Origin: an uncultured candidate division Zixibacteria bacterium
Lineage (GTDB): Bacteria; Zixibacteria; MSB-5A5; GN15; FEB-12
NCBI GenBank assembly: GCA_963707365.1
Contig: CAVPPI010000004.1
Location: forward strand, 880,465-944,464
DNA length: 64,000 nucleotides
Direction of reading: 5' to 3'
The position numbers were made by a program, and so were the translations under genes. Under the pieces are notes generated by a model. That model did no database searches and was not told the DNA's origin. It saw only the letters and a program-made list of their open reading frames with translations. Positions 26,242-36,202 of the stretch are shown here, one piece after another. Every line of letters starts with the position of its first letter. Position 1 is the first letter of the stretch.

Positions 26242-27408
26242 CTATTTTCTACTGTATACCGGAGACATCTCGCGCAGTTTTTCGATAACTCCGGGAAGAA
26301 CACCAAGAACGTAGTCGAGGTCGTCCCGGGTCGTAGACCGGCCAATAGAGAAGCGGATAGCTCCCTGCGCCATGATATTTTCAACACCCATTGCTTTGAG
26401 CACATGTGACGGTTCCGTAGTCCCCGAAGTACAGGCCGAACCAGACGAGCATGCAACGCCTTTGAGATCCATTGCCAACACTATTGACTCTCCCTCAACG
26501 CCCCTGAACGATATGTTCATGGTCTGCGGCACCCTGTTCGTGCGCGAGCCGTTAAGAGACACATCCGGTATAGAGGCTATCACTTTGTCGATAAAGTAAT
26601 CGGCGAGTTCCGACATTGATTTATAATCCTGCTCCTGCCGTACGAGCGCGATCTCGAGAGCTTTGGCAAACCCTACGGCACCCGCCACATTTTCAGTACC
26701 GGGACGGCGCTTCTTCTCATGCGAACCGCCGTAAAACAGTGGTGATACTTTGATTCCGGACCGGATATAGAGAGCCCCTATCCCCTTCGGCCCATATATC
26801 TTATGGGCGGTGATTGAGGCCATGTCGACATCCAGCTGCCGAACGTCAACTGCTACCTTCCCGGTCGACTGAACAGCATCGGAATGAAAAAGACAGTCCT
26901 TCTCGTGTGCGACATTCGCAAGCGCCTTAATGTCCTGAATTGTACCGGTTTCGTTGTTGGCGTGCATGACCGAAACTATGGCAGTCTTGTCGGTAATCAA
27001 CTCCCGCAATTTGTCTGCTGAGGAAAAGCCCTCGTGATCCACCGGCAACAGATCGAGTTTGTAGCTTCCACCGTGAGCAAGGTACTCCGCCGGTTCCAGT
27101 ACGGCGTGATGTTCAGCGGCGCCGACTACAACGCGGTTTTTCTTATCGCGGTACCTGATAACCGTTCCCAGTACGGCGATATTATCGGACTCGGTACCAC
27201 CGGACGTGAAATACAGCTCCGATGGGTCACAGTTGATAACCGCGGCTATCTGCTCACGGGCGTTTTCGAGTGCGACCTTTGCATCGCGTCCAAACGAATG
27301 TACCGAACTGGCATTGCCGAATTTCGTTCTCAGGTACGGGAGCATTGCCTCAACCACAAGTGGATCGACAGGTGTGGTGGCATTATGATCGAGATAAACA
27401 GTCTTCAT
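26242..27408 (-). CDS. iscS: Cysteine desulfurase (NifS/IscS class)
   Basis: SGGTESDN, the PLP-lysine region ITAHKIYGPKGIGALY and the active-site loop SSGSACTSG. It is adjacent to mnmA. Confidence 0.9.
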   Translation of the reverse strand: MKTVYLDHNATTPVDPLVVEAMLPYLRTKFGNASSVHSFGRDAKVALENAREQIAAVINCDPSELYFTSGGTESDNIAVLGTVIRYRDKKNRVVVGAAEHHAVLEPAEYLAHGGSYKLDLLPVDHEGFSSADKLRELITDKTAIVSVMHANNETGTIQDIKALANVAHEKDCLFHSDAVQSTGKVAVDVRQLDVDMASITAHKIYGPKGIGALYIRSGIKVSPLFYGGSHEKKRRPGTENVAGAVGFAKALEIALVRQEQDYKSMSELADYFIDKVIASIPDVSLNGSRTNRVPQTMNISFRGVEGESIVLAMDLKGVACSSGSACTSGTTEPSHVLKAMGVENIMAQGAIRFSIGRSTTRDDLDYVLGVLPGVIEKLREMSPVYSRK

Positions 27409-27492
27409 ATATTCCTCAGGTTCCTGACTTACAACATTGTAACAAATACGAACAGGATGCCGGTGTTGGTTGTTCCGGGCTACCTCAACTCA

Positions 27493-29418
27493 TTAGAAGG
27501 CATACAATATAGTGAAATGCCAGCGTGTGGCAAAGTCATATTTGTCGGTCTCTATTCGCCGGGCATAGTCGATTCTTATGGGACCTGCCGGGGACATTAT
27601 TTGAAAACCGGTGCCATAACTCAAAGCAAGATTATCGAACGTGATTTCGCTGTTATTTCTAAAACCGTTGCCCATATCAAAAAAGACCGACTGATACAGA
27701 GGAAGGGTTTCGAAAAAACCACCGAGGCCGGGGAGGGCCTGCAGAAACTGAATGGTTTTCCATCTGAATTCCTGGTTGAAAACCAGGGTGATTCGGCCAC
27801 CCTCGGCGGAACCGTCTTCGTACAGCGGCCCCAGGGAGTTTTCCTTAAATCCCCTGATAGTATTAGCGCCGCCCAGATAGAGTCGCTCTTCGGTGGGAAC
27901 GATGCTGGATTGGCCAAAAGCGGTAGCATAACCACCTTTCAGGCGAGTGGCAGAGATCCAGCCGGGCCATACAATCTGATACCTGCCCCAACTGGCCTCA
28001 ATTTTGTAAAAGTCGTCGTCGCCTCCCAGAAAACCGCCAAAAAACTCCACCGAGATATCGCTAACCGAGCCTTTCCTTGGAATAAAGATATTGTCGCGAC
28101 TATCGCGGCGATACGATGCGTACATTTTCCGCCGGGCCGATATTCCTTCTTCTTCCTTTATCAGTTCCTCTGTACCTTCGGCGATATCTGACAGCTCAAC
28201 CTCGTTGTACTCCAACCCCGCCGTGGTTTTCACTTTGTCGCCGAACCATTTGGTTGTGGAAACTGAGACCGACCAGGAACTGATAACAAAGTCTTGAAGA
28301 GTCGACCTTATCGGTGGTTCATACTGACCTGTGAAAGAAACCGGCATGCGCAGCCCCAAAAACCACGGCTCGGTATACCGGATCCAGTACCTGTGGGTGA
28401 TGAGGCGGGATTCCTGTCCGAGACCGAACGAGTAATCCGATTGAAAATTCAAACGACGGGTACCTATGAAATTTCGCTTCCCCAGACCTAATGAAAGGTC
28501 CCAGATAAGATCTCTGAGTTCCGATTGTCCGGCGCCGGTCTTGACCGATATATAACGGGGTTTGCGTTCTCTTACCTTAAGGAGAAAGTCCGGACTAAGA
28601 CTGTCGCCGCCATTTTCCGTCCGGGTCAGCTGCAGATAGCTGAAATAACCCGACTCAAATAGCCGTCGTTGTGAATCAACGATGGATTTACGACGGTAAA
28701 GATCCCCCGGCTTGAACGTAAGCTCCCGCCGGGCCACGAATTCCGGATAGTCATCGGTGCCCTCGATAGAAATGTCACCGAAGTGTACCAGTGAGTCCGC
28801 CTCCACGACGAAAGTGATGGCCGTAATGGGTCTCGTTGAGAGCGTATCAATATCGTAATTTACCCTGGCATACGGATAGCCGTTATTGGCCAGCACTGTC
28901 TTCATGTCAAAAACGACCTTGTTGACCGCAATTGGATTCACCGGATCGCCCGGCTTGAGTTTTCGATAAATCTTCGAGAACTGAAAAGTGAAACGGCTGT
29001 CATATGTACCGGTGACAGTGGAAGGACCATAGAAGAACTGACTGCCCTCGTTTATTGTCACCCTTACGAGCGCCGTGGAGTCATCGCCGAGTATCTCGAA
29101 AGTCTCATCAACCTGAACTCCCAGGAAACCGTTGATATAATACAGGTATTTTATTTCCAGCGTATCGCGTCCCAGCGTTTCGCGTTGAATGCGACTTCGC
29201 CTTTCCCCCGTAAGCACATCGAACAGGGTACGAACCTTTGAGTACATCTTGCTCTTTATCCTGGAATCTTGGAAGAAGGAGTTGCCTTCGACGACAATGG
29301 AGTCAATCACGGGTTTGTCCCGCACCCAGCGCAGAGTGACCTTATCGAGTGGCTTCGCCGCACAAAGTCCGGGGAAAGTCACCAACATCAACAAAAGAAG
29401 CGTGGCAAGTCTTCTCAC
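27493..29418 (-). CDS. Omp85-family outer-membrane protein, TamA/BamA-like
   Basis: POTRA-like repeats, then a C-terminal surface-antigen beta-barrel ending in ...WHFTILYAF. The gene lies immediately downstream of tamB. I prefer the GTG at 29418 (MRRLATLLLLMLV signal peptide, overlapping the tamB TAG as TAGTG) over the track's TTG at 29430. Confidence 0.8.
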   Translation of the reverse strand: MRRLATLLLLMLVTFPGLCAAKPLDKVTLRWVRDKPVIDSIVVEGNSFFQDSRIKSKMYSKVRTLFDVLTGERRSRIQRETLGRDTLEIKYLYYINGFLGVQVDETFEILGDDSTALVRVTINEGSQFFYGPSTVTGTYDSRFTFQFSKIYRKLKPGDPVNPIAVNKVVFDMKTVLANNGYPYARVNYDIDTLSTRPITAITFVVEADSLVHFGDISIEGTDDYPEFVARRELTFKPGDLYRRKSIVDSQRRLFESGYFSYLQLTRTENGGDSLSPDFLLKVRERKPRYISVKTGAGQSELRDLIWDLSLGLGKRNFIGTRRLNFQSDYSFGLGQESRLITHRYWIRYTEPWFLGLRMPVSFTGQYEPPIRSTLQDFVISSWSVSVSTTKWFGDKVKTTAGLEYNEVELSDIAEGTEELIKEEEGISARRKMYASYRRDSRDNIFIPRKGSVSDISVEFFGGFLGGDDDFYKIEASWGRYQIVWPGWISATRLKGGYATAFGQSSIVPTEERLYLGGANTIRGFKENSLGPLYEDGSAEGGRITLVFNQEFRWKTIQFLQALPGLGGFFETLPLYQSVFFDMGNGFRNNSEITFDNLALSYGTGFQIMSPAGPIRIDYARRIETDKYDFATRWHFTILYAF

Positions 29419-32400
29419 TAAAATTCCCAATATAATTTCAGATTCATATGATACAGCTCATCTTCGTCTCTTAGTCCCTCAAGCAACACCGACCGATTGA
29501 ACCGGTACTCAAATCCCACCTCCTGACGGCTCTGGCCGGAAATGGCAGAACGGCCATACAAATATAGATTGGGCGAGGTATAAAAGCCCAGCGTTACCCT
29601 GGTATTGAGAGGGTCGAGTTCACCCGAGTAGCTCGGGTCGATCTCGAACGTTTCCACGCCGAGGTGCCTCAATTGCCGCGACCCGATACGGGAAACCTGT
29701 GTCGAAAGCAGGTCGGTCATGCGGCGTTCGATGCCCCCACTGGCCGAAGCACCGGCGTCGTCGCTATACACGTTAGCTACAAGCAATGGAATGATGTCTT
29801 CGCGCGAGTTGACATCAGAATCATCAGTCGGATTAATTTCCGGTTCTTCCAGCGTGCCGGTGACATGAATACCCAGCTCCAGCTGCTCGACCTGATTTTC
29901 TTCCTCGGCACCGCCCCGGCTGCCGGCCACGCGGGTGTAAGCAGTAATGTCAAGATTTGGATTGAACGTCTCTCCCCCTTCGAACGTAACCCGACTACCG
30001 GGCTGGATAGTGAAGGTCTTATCGAACAGGAAACCTCTCCCCCGCAATATTTCCATTTCACCTATAAAACTGTAAGTCCCCGACTCACGAAGCATCGTGA
30101 TCTCACCTGCGAATTCCGCGTCGATATCCTGATTTTTTATCCAGTAGTTGGAAATGATGTCAATATTGACGGCCAGATTCCAGGTGTTCTCGCCCGATAA
30201 GGCCGTCATAATCGGCGAACCCTGATCGGGTTCGGCAAACTCGACAAAATAATCCATGGACACAAGCTGAAGATCGCCTGTTACCAGCGGCGGGGTGTCT
30301 CCCTCAACGTGTAGTTTGCCTTCGATTCTTCCCTTGATATCATCGAGCTCGTAGCGGAACGGAAACTCATCCGGGATTGATACATCCAGACTATAATAGA
30401 GACTGTCGAGCGACTTGACAGTTACGGTACCTTCCACAAAGGCGGATTTCTTCTCTTTGTCATCACGGACATAAGCCTCGATGCCGTCGATAATGATCCG
30501 ATTGTCGTTCATTCTGACTCCGGCCGAATCTGAATGGATCCAGTCCTCAAGATCGAAGTACTTCAGCCGGGCATCCACGATAAAGGCCTCTCCTTCCAAA
30601 TGAGGGTCAAGAGGGGTGCCGGACAAAACAAAATCGGCAAAGAAGTCACCTTCGAGCTGTTCCACCGATGGCTGCAGCAAAGTGACGAGGTCGAAACGGC
30701 TATCGACCGCAGCTATGGATATGTTCATAGGCAAGTCAGGAAAGCGTTCAAGAGAATCGGCGGTAAAAGCGAGGTCCGAATAGAAGGAACCTTCGGCACG
30801 ATAATCACCGTATCCGGACAACAGTTGGAAATTCACTATCTGCAAAAGCCGATCACCATAAACAAGACTGGTGGCGACATCCCCGAGCACGAGGTCCTCG
30901 TACACAAGAGAATCAATCTCGGCATTCAGTATAAACTCCGGTCGCATAAACGAACCGGTCACTGTCGCCTCGCACGACAGGAGACCATCAACAAGAAGAC
31001 TTTCGGCGAACAGATTCTTCCACGGTTCTATCGGAATACGGTTGAGAAGTATCTGCAGGTCCATCGTCTCATCGTAATCGGCCCGGCCATTCACCGATAG
31101 ACGGGCGCCGCTGTTGCCTATGACGGCCTGCAGAATATTAAATCCGAGTGAATCCACCTCTACTTCCATGCCGGCGCGGTTATAAAAGGTCTGTCCAAAA
31201 AGGTCCAGTATCAGGGTATCAACCGTAAGCAAATTGGGCAAAGCTTCATAGTCAAAGAGTCCCACAGTGTTCAGGCGCGTGTATGGATTGTGTATACAGG
31301 CCGTGTCAAAAAAGACAAAATTGGAGTCTACCCGCAGCAAAGCGTAGCCCGTATCGTAAGGCATATCATACGCGGTCCCCCGATAGTAATCGACCTCGAC
31401 AGAACCAAGCTTGCGCGACAAAAAACGTTCTATATCGACGGTAGCATACAGGCTGTCACTGTAGAGGCCGTAAATCCATACCGAATCGGAGATGAAATAT
31501 CCCTTCAGGTCCGGATCCGAGGTCTTCCCCGTAAGCGTTGCTTCGGCTTGACCCCGTCCCCCCGGCTGGTCGATAAAAAGTTTCCCCTTGTAGCGATCGA
31601 GATTCTTTAAGTCCGCGGATATAGCCAGGTCCATATCCCCGGAGTATTCGACTACGCCATTAGCATAGAAGACATTCTCGAAGTATTCAACCCTGAAAGA
31701 ATCAGGGAAGATGATGGAGTCGGTGGTGATGACGATGTCACCTGCGCCTCTCTGAATCGGATATTCATCAAACGAAGATTCGTAAAGCCAGGTACGTATG
31801 TCGAGCACTAAATCGGCTTTCTTGAAAGATTCGCCATACATTATAATATGGCCGTTCAGGTCCGACTCGAAGGTATTCTCTTTCAGATTGTTCAGATTGA
31901 ACTGACGAAAATCAGCCTGCAGGTTGTAGGTCTCCACCGGCCCATTGAAGTCAAGATAGCCGCTCCCGTCTATTCCGCAGTTCCCGAAAACGGTTCCATA
32001 AAGAGTGTCGATTTGAAGCAATTTGTCATCAAATGAAAAATCCACGAACAGGTTCTGAAGAGCCATGAATAGAAATTGCCCGCCGATATCCACCGAGCCG
32101 CGCAAGGCTCCGCCGTTGAATTCCACCGTGCCGTTAACATCGACCGCACCTTTGAGGCGCGGACCGATGAACGTGCTGATGTCGGCCAGGTCGACATTAT
32201 CGGCCGCAAAGGAAATTATTCCGTTCGGTGTATCCTGAAGGTCAATATTACCATCCATCTTGGCCCTCATAGTGCCCACCACGAGAGCAATATCCTTAAA
32301 CAGCAATCTGTTGTCTGCAAACGTTATTTTGCCGCCGGCGGCATCCAGGGCGAGCTTCTGACGGTTCGATGCAAATTCGAACTGCTCAACATCGACAGAA

Positions 32401-32963
32401 TAAGTATCCTCTTCTCCCTTGAGCGCCAGGGAAATGAAGATATCGTCGAAAGTGAGAGTGTCATCCGGTTTGATCAGCTTGACCGAGAGTCTATTGAGTC
32501 CGAGCCTGCCAATTGAAAACGAAGGAGCCTGGGATGCGGGCTTTTCCGGATCGGCGTCTTTCGGTCGGAAATCAGGTATTATCCAGTCACCGGAAGTATC
32601 TCTGAGCAACACCAGCTCTGCGGAATCGATAGTGAGATAGTCGAAGATGAACCTGCTATCCCACAAATTTGCCAGAGCGTACGAAGTCGACAGCCGCGGG
32701 ATGCTCAGCAACTGATACCGGCGTAGCGAATCGTCATAGAATACGGTCACGTTCTCGACGAGAAGGTCGGACAAGAAACTCCCTTTGACCTTTCCGACGG
32801 TAACATCAAGACGATACCTCTGACCAACCAGCGAGTTCAATTTCGAATTGATGATCCGTTCAACTCCGCCGAGTTTGAACAGGTAGAGGTACAAGCCGGC
32901 GATGACTATCACCAGAGAAAACACGACGACCAACGCAACTTTTATCCACCGACGAATTTTCAT
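29418..32963 (-). CDS. tamB: Translocation and assembly module protein TamB
   Basis: An N-terminal signal-anchor, an 1181-aa beta-rich body and a DUF490-like C-terminus (...GFYTSPNLYLYGRS...LEGLRDEDELYHMNLKLYWEF), paired with an Omp85 gene. Confidence 0.8.
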   Translation of the reverse strand: MKIRRWIKVALVVVFSLVIVIAGLYLYLFKLGGVERIINSKLNSLVGQRYRLDVTVGKVKGSFLSDLLVENVTVFYDDSLRRYQLLSIPRLSTSYALANLWDSRFIFDYLTIDSAELVLLRDTSGDWIIPDFRPKDADPEKPASQAPSFSIGRLGLNRLSVKLIKPDDTLTFDDIFISLALKGEEDTYSVDVEQFEFASNRQKLALDAAGGKITFADNRLLFKDIALVVGTMRAKMDGNIDLQDTPNGIISFAADNVDLADISTFIGPRLKGAVDVNGTVEFNGGALRGSVDIGGQFLFMALQNLFVDFSFDDKLLQIDTLYGTVFGNCGIDGSGYLDFNGPVETYNLQADFRQFNLNNLKENTFESDLNGHIIMYGESFKKADLVLDIRTWLYESSFDEYPIQRGAGDIVITTDSIIFPDSFRVEYFENVFYANGVVEYSGDMDLAISADLKNLDRYKGKLFIDQPGGRGQAEATLTGKTSDPDLKGYFISDSVWIYGLYSDSLYATVDIERFLSRKLGSVEVDYYRGTAYDMPYDTGYALLRVDSNFVFFDTACIHNPYTRLNTVGLFDYEALPNLLTVDTLILDLFGQTFYNRAGMEVEVDSLGFNILQAVIGNSGARLSVNGRADYDETMDLQILLNRIPIEPWKNLFAESLLVDGLLSCEATVTGSFMRPEFILNAEIDSLVYEDLVLGDVATSLVYGDRLLQIVNFQLLSGYGDYRAEGSFYSDLAFTADSLERFPDLPMNISIAAVDSRFDLVTLLQPSVEQLEGDFFADFVLSGTPLDPHLEGEAFIVDARLKYFDLEDWIHSDSAGVRMNDNRIIIDGIEAYVRDDKEKKSAFVEGTVTVKSLDSLYYSLDVSIPDEFPFRYELDDIKGRIEGKLHVEGDTPPLVTGDLQLVSMDYFVEFAEPDQGSPIMTALSGENTWNLAVNIDIISNYWIKNQDIDAEFAGEITMLRESGTYSFIGEMEILRGRGFLFDKTFTIQPGSRVTFEGGETFNPNLDITAYTRVAGSRGGAEEENQVEQLELGIHVTGTLEEPEINPTDDSDVNSREDIIPLLVANVYSDDAGASASGGIERRMTDLLSTQVSRIGSRQLRHLGVETFEIDPSYSGELDPLNTRVTLGFYTSPNLYLYGRSAISGQSRQEVGFEYRFNRSVLLEGLRDEDELYHMNLKLYWEF

Positions 32964-33625
32964 TTTATTAGCTGACTGATGATTCTTAATGCCGAGTCGA
33001 AGCCGTCTCCGGCTGCGAGTCCGATATCTTCAATTACGAGTCTGACCAGGTCCGGGGATGCACCGACATTCAGGGCACCCCTGATATGGGAATGAAGTTG
33101 TTTCTCTCTATTTTCCATCATTAAAAAGGCGATTATGGAGAGCTCTCTTGCGATTACGCTCACCGCGGGTCTGGAGAGCACCTTGCCGTATCCTTCGATA
33201 ATCATCCACCGGAATACTTCCGGCGCCATAGCCGACACCCGATCCATGAGAAGCTGGTTGTTGCGGCCATATACTCTCTTGTACAAATCCATGCCGTTGT
33301 CGAACCACTGCTGAGATTCTCCGGGGCTAATCGGCTTGCACCCATCGTAAACCTTATCTTCGGGCAGAATGCGATTGAGCGTCTCGGCGGCAATCAGCAT
33401 CCTTGGAAAGCCGAGAAACAGATATGACTGCAGCACGATCTCATAAAATGAGGTTCGATTCAATCCATAGCGACGCCCGATCTCGATTGCCCTGGCCATA
33501 ACCCTGTCATCAGCTAAAGCAATGGCCGCCGAATACACCGCCAGCGCCCGTTCAGCCGCGGACACTTCCGGAGCAAACGCATCCAGTTGGGCAACAAGAG
33601 CATCCATGTCTGCTGTTCGGTTCAC
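32960..33625 (-). CDS. Carboxymuconolactone decarboxylase (AhpD-like) family protein
   Basis: An all-helical protein in which ARELSIIAFLMMENREKQLHSHIRGALNVGASPDLVRLVIEDIG resembles the CMD domain. Its stop overlaps the tamB start (ATGA). Confidence 0.5.
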   Translation of the reverse strand: MNRTADMDALVAQLDAFAPEVSAAERALAVYSAAIALADDRVMARAIEIGRRYGLNRTSFYEIVLQSYLFLGFPRMLIAAETLNRILPEDKVYDGCKPISPGESQQWFDNGMDLYKRVYGRNNQLLMDRVSAMAPEVFRWMIIEGYGKVLSRPAVSVIARELSIIAFLMMENREKQLHSHIRGALNVGASPDLVRLVIEDIGLAAGDGFDSALRIISQLIK

Positions 33626-33672
33626 GAAGGTAAGTTAAAGGAAATAAGCGAAAAATGGCAATGTAAAACTTG

Positions 33673-34863
33673 TCACCGCAGCCGGCCGATGCGGCTTTCA
33701 AGCTGTTGAATGTTCTCTTTGAGAGCCCGAATTTCACTGAGCAATGAGTCTTTCAGCGATTGGGGCAGCCTGTCGGTTGCAGTTGAGTAAACCGAACCGG
33801 CAAATGCTTCATTATCAGCTTTGCCAACCCTTACAGTGATCCAGTAAGGATGGTTCTGTCTGAGGACACCGAACTCAATCTCCGTTCCCGGGGCCGACTG
33901 CTTAACCATACTCGCCAGCAATGTAGCCGACGGCATACCGCGTCGATTGACACTGAAAAGCAGATCACCATTTTTTAACCCGGCTCTGGCGGCAGGTGAA
34001 TAAGGCACCACACGGGTAACAACAACGCCCCGTTCAATCAGGATTTCGGGAACACCGGCTTTCGCCAGCTGACTGCTTCCCCGAACTTCAAGAGGCGGAA
34101 ATATCTCAATCTCGGCAGTCGTCAGGCCAAGATACCCGGCCGAACGGTCACCATGATTTATGAGAACATCAGCAACTTCCAGCACTTCAAAGGCCGGAAC
34201 AGCCAGACCCATACCGCCGAATCCGCCTTGATCCATACCACCCACAATAATTCCAATCAATTCGCCCGAAAGATCAAAGACGCCACCACCGAGCGTTCCC
34301 GAAGTAATCGGGGCGGTGAATTGCATCACCCCATCGGGCCGGACACCGGCACAAAAGCCCAGTGAAGGAGCAGCCCGGAGACCATAGGCATTACCCAGAG
34401 CGACCACCATCTGCCCGGCACAGCCAAGTTCCCGTGATAGACGTGCCGGCTGACCGACCGGCTGCGATAGTCTCAGCAAGGCCAGCCCACTTTGGTGGTC
34501 AACGGCTTCGACCATTGCCTCGACGGTCTTGTCTTCGTATGTCACTCGAATTTGGGGTTTATTGGCAACCGAAGATGCCATTACAAGAACATGTCCGGCA
34601 GTGTCGTATACGATTCCCGTAGCTATGACGTTATATACGGTCTCCCGTCCCGGATCAGTGCGAAAGCCGGGCGCCGAAGCTGAAGGATAAGAAGACTCGA
34701 CCGCAACGACGGAAGTAGACATGCGGTAGATAAGCTCGCTCAAGCCACTTTCGAAGCTGGTCAGCGAATACTCTTGTCCAATGGCAGTCGAAGAAAAAAA
34801 GACCGCCCAAAAAGCTATGAGAGCGTACTTTCCGGCGGCCTTAATAATACTACTAATTATCAT
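33673..34863 (-). CDS. HtrA/DegP-like trypsin-fold + PDZ protein, catalytic triad not conserved
   Basis: A signal-anchor, VALGNAYGL and QFTAPITSGTLGGGVFDLSGELIGI, which aligns without gaps to DegP [26 protein letters not shown]. The PDZ segment is VVTRVVPYSPAARAGLKNGDLLFSVN. Confidence 0.75.
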   Translation of the reverse strand: MIISSIIKAAGKYALIAFWAVFFSSTAIGQEYSLTSFESGLSELIYRMSTSVVAVESSYPSASAPGFRTDPGRETVYNVIATGIVYDTAGHVLVMASSVANKPQIRVTYEDKTVEAMVEAVDHQSGLALLRLSQPVGQPARLSRELGCAGQMVVALGNAYGLRAAPSLGFCAGVRPDGVMQFTAPITSGTLGGGVFDLSGELIGIIVGGMDQGGFGGMGLAVPAFEVLEVADVLINHGDRSAGYLGLTTAEIEIFPPLEVRGSSQLAKAGVPEILIERGVVVTRVVPYSPAARAGLKNGDLLFSVNRRGMPSATLLASMVKQSAPGTEIEFGVLRQNHPYWITVRVGKADNEAFAGSVYSTATDRLPQSLKDSLLSEIRALKENIQQLESRIGRLR

Positions 34864-34864
34864 T

Positions 34865-35560
34865 TCAATAAACCTTCATACCCTCCTGCACTGCGGATCC
34901 AGTCGGCAATCCGTACACACGCACCACCGGCCGCACCCTGAAATAATCCGGCATATAGGGCACACGATATGAGGCCTGAGAGGTTACCTGCCTCACACCG
35001 GAAGAATATCCAACCGGGTCGAAGCCGTTCGATGAAGTCATGGAGGAGGTCAGAGTATTTACTCTTTCCACCCGCGCCAGTTCGTCATTGAGGGACCAAC
35101 TGCTGTGCATCGGCACTGTCAGGTTAGGATTGTTGACCGGCTGCACGGTAAGATAGGAATCATCGAGAGCTCTTGTCGTGGAACTCATCAAACCTACATC
35201 CTGCTTCAACTCCGGCGACACGGCCACTATCGAGATGAACAGAACCAGGCAGGCGGTCACCACAACCGGCACCAGCTGCCCCCATGTCACTCGCGGTGCT
35301 GACTTCGGCAGGAAGGCCTCAGTTCGAGTCTCAGCGAATCTCTCCCGGGCAATCCGGTTTAGAAGCTCAGTGTTGAAATCATCGGAAACTCTCAACTCGC
35401 CGATCTCGGACCGGGCATCACTTAAAGATTTATAGAAGGCCTCTTCTTTACGACAGGTCGAACAGGTCGAAAGGTGTTCGCTAACGGCCAACCTGTTCCG
35501 ACCACTCAGCTCATCGTTACAATAGGCCGACAGGTAAGAGCGCACTTTTCGACAACGCAT
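34865..35560 (-). CDS. Anti-sigma factor (zf-HC2, single TM)
   Basis: The N-terminal MRCRKVRSYLSAYCNDELS...HLSTCSTCRKE is a zf-HC2 motif, followed by one TM helix. The gene lies directly downstream of the ECF sigma gene. Confidence 0.75.
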   Translation of the reverse strand: MRCRKVRSYLSAYCNDELSGRNRLAVSEHLSTCSTCRKEEAFYKSLSDARSEIGELRVSDDFNTELLNRIARERFAETRTEAFLPKSAPRVTWGQLVPVVVTACLVLFISIVAVSPELKQDVGLMSSTTRALDDSYLTVQPVNNPNLTVPMHSSWSLNDELARVERVNTLTSSMTSSNGFDPVGYSSGVRQVTSQASYRVPYMPDYFRVRPVVRVYGLPTGSAVQEGMKVY

Positions 35561-36119
35561 CGTAACCCTCCAATTTGGGCTGTAGTTTCTCTCGCAACAT
35601 CATGCGAGCACGGTTAACACGGGACTTGACCGTTCCCAATGGAACGCCAAGCATCTTGGCCACCTCTTCGTAAGGAAGTTCCTGAATGTCGCGAAGCATG
35701 AAAGCTACACGATATTTTTCGGGAAGCTCCTTAATGGCGCCTGTCAGCGCCTGAGGAAGCCGGCTTGGTAATTTCATTTCCACCGCAAAATCGGTCTCGT
35801 TCCCTTTCATTTCGGTAATGTCAAAGAATTTGAATTTCTTTCTCTTGCGAAGTTCGTTTCGAGCCAGGTTTAAGGCAATCGTGTAAATCCATGTCGAAAA
35901 ACAGTGCTGAAAATTAAATGACTGCCTGTGCTGGTATACTCTCACAAAAGTCTCCTGGACGATATCCTGAGCTTCTTCCACCGAGGATAACATCCGCCCG
36001 ATAACATTCATCAGTCTGTCTTTGTAGCGATCCACAAGCTGATTGAAGGCGACCATGTCTCCGTTCTGGACAGCCTTTATAAGAGCAAAGTCGATATCTT
36101 TTTCAGTTTCCTTAACCAT
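35517..36119 (-). CDS. ECF (sigma-24) RNA polymerase sigma factor
   Basis: Region 2 (DIVQETFVRVYQH, FSTWIYTIALN) and region 4 (AFMLRDIQELPYEEVAKMLGVPLGTVKSRVNRAR). Confidence 0.9.
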   Translation of the reverse strand: MVKETEKDIDFALIKAVQNGDMVAFNQLVDRYKDRLMNVIGRMLSSVEEAQDIVQETFVRVYQHRQSFNFQHCFSTWIYTIALNLARNELRKRKKFKFFDITEMKGNETDFAVEMKLPSRLPQALTGAIKELPEKYRVAFMLRDIQELPYEEVAKMLGVPLGTVKSRVNRARMMLREKLQPKLEGYDALSKSALLPVGLL

Positions 36120-36202
36120 TATAAATCCTATCTCGGAAGCGCTTAATAATAATACCCGTCAGGCAAAAGAAAGTTCCAGCCAATATTGCTTTCGGCCTTA
36201 GT

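Noticed and set aside
27034-28191. A 385-aa plus-strand ORF, and many similar long opposite-strand ORFs (2680-3318, 8185-8976, 9055-9786, 18541-19179, 19846-20580, 22520-23065, 55340-56011, 37581-38120, 51576-52145, 56714-57211)
   Set aside because: They are shadow ORFs antisense to, or out of frame with, genes that have unambiguous family motifs. Their translations are low-complexity and Arg/Ser/Leu-rich with no recognisable domains.
35517-35560. The 44-nt overlap of the ECF sigma and anti-sigma ORFs as a possible frameshift or fusion
   Set aside because: Both proteins are complete with normal domain ends, and the anti-sigma ATG has GGAGGG 5 nt upstream. The overlap is compatible with ordinary coupling.
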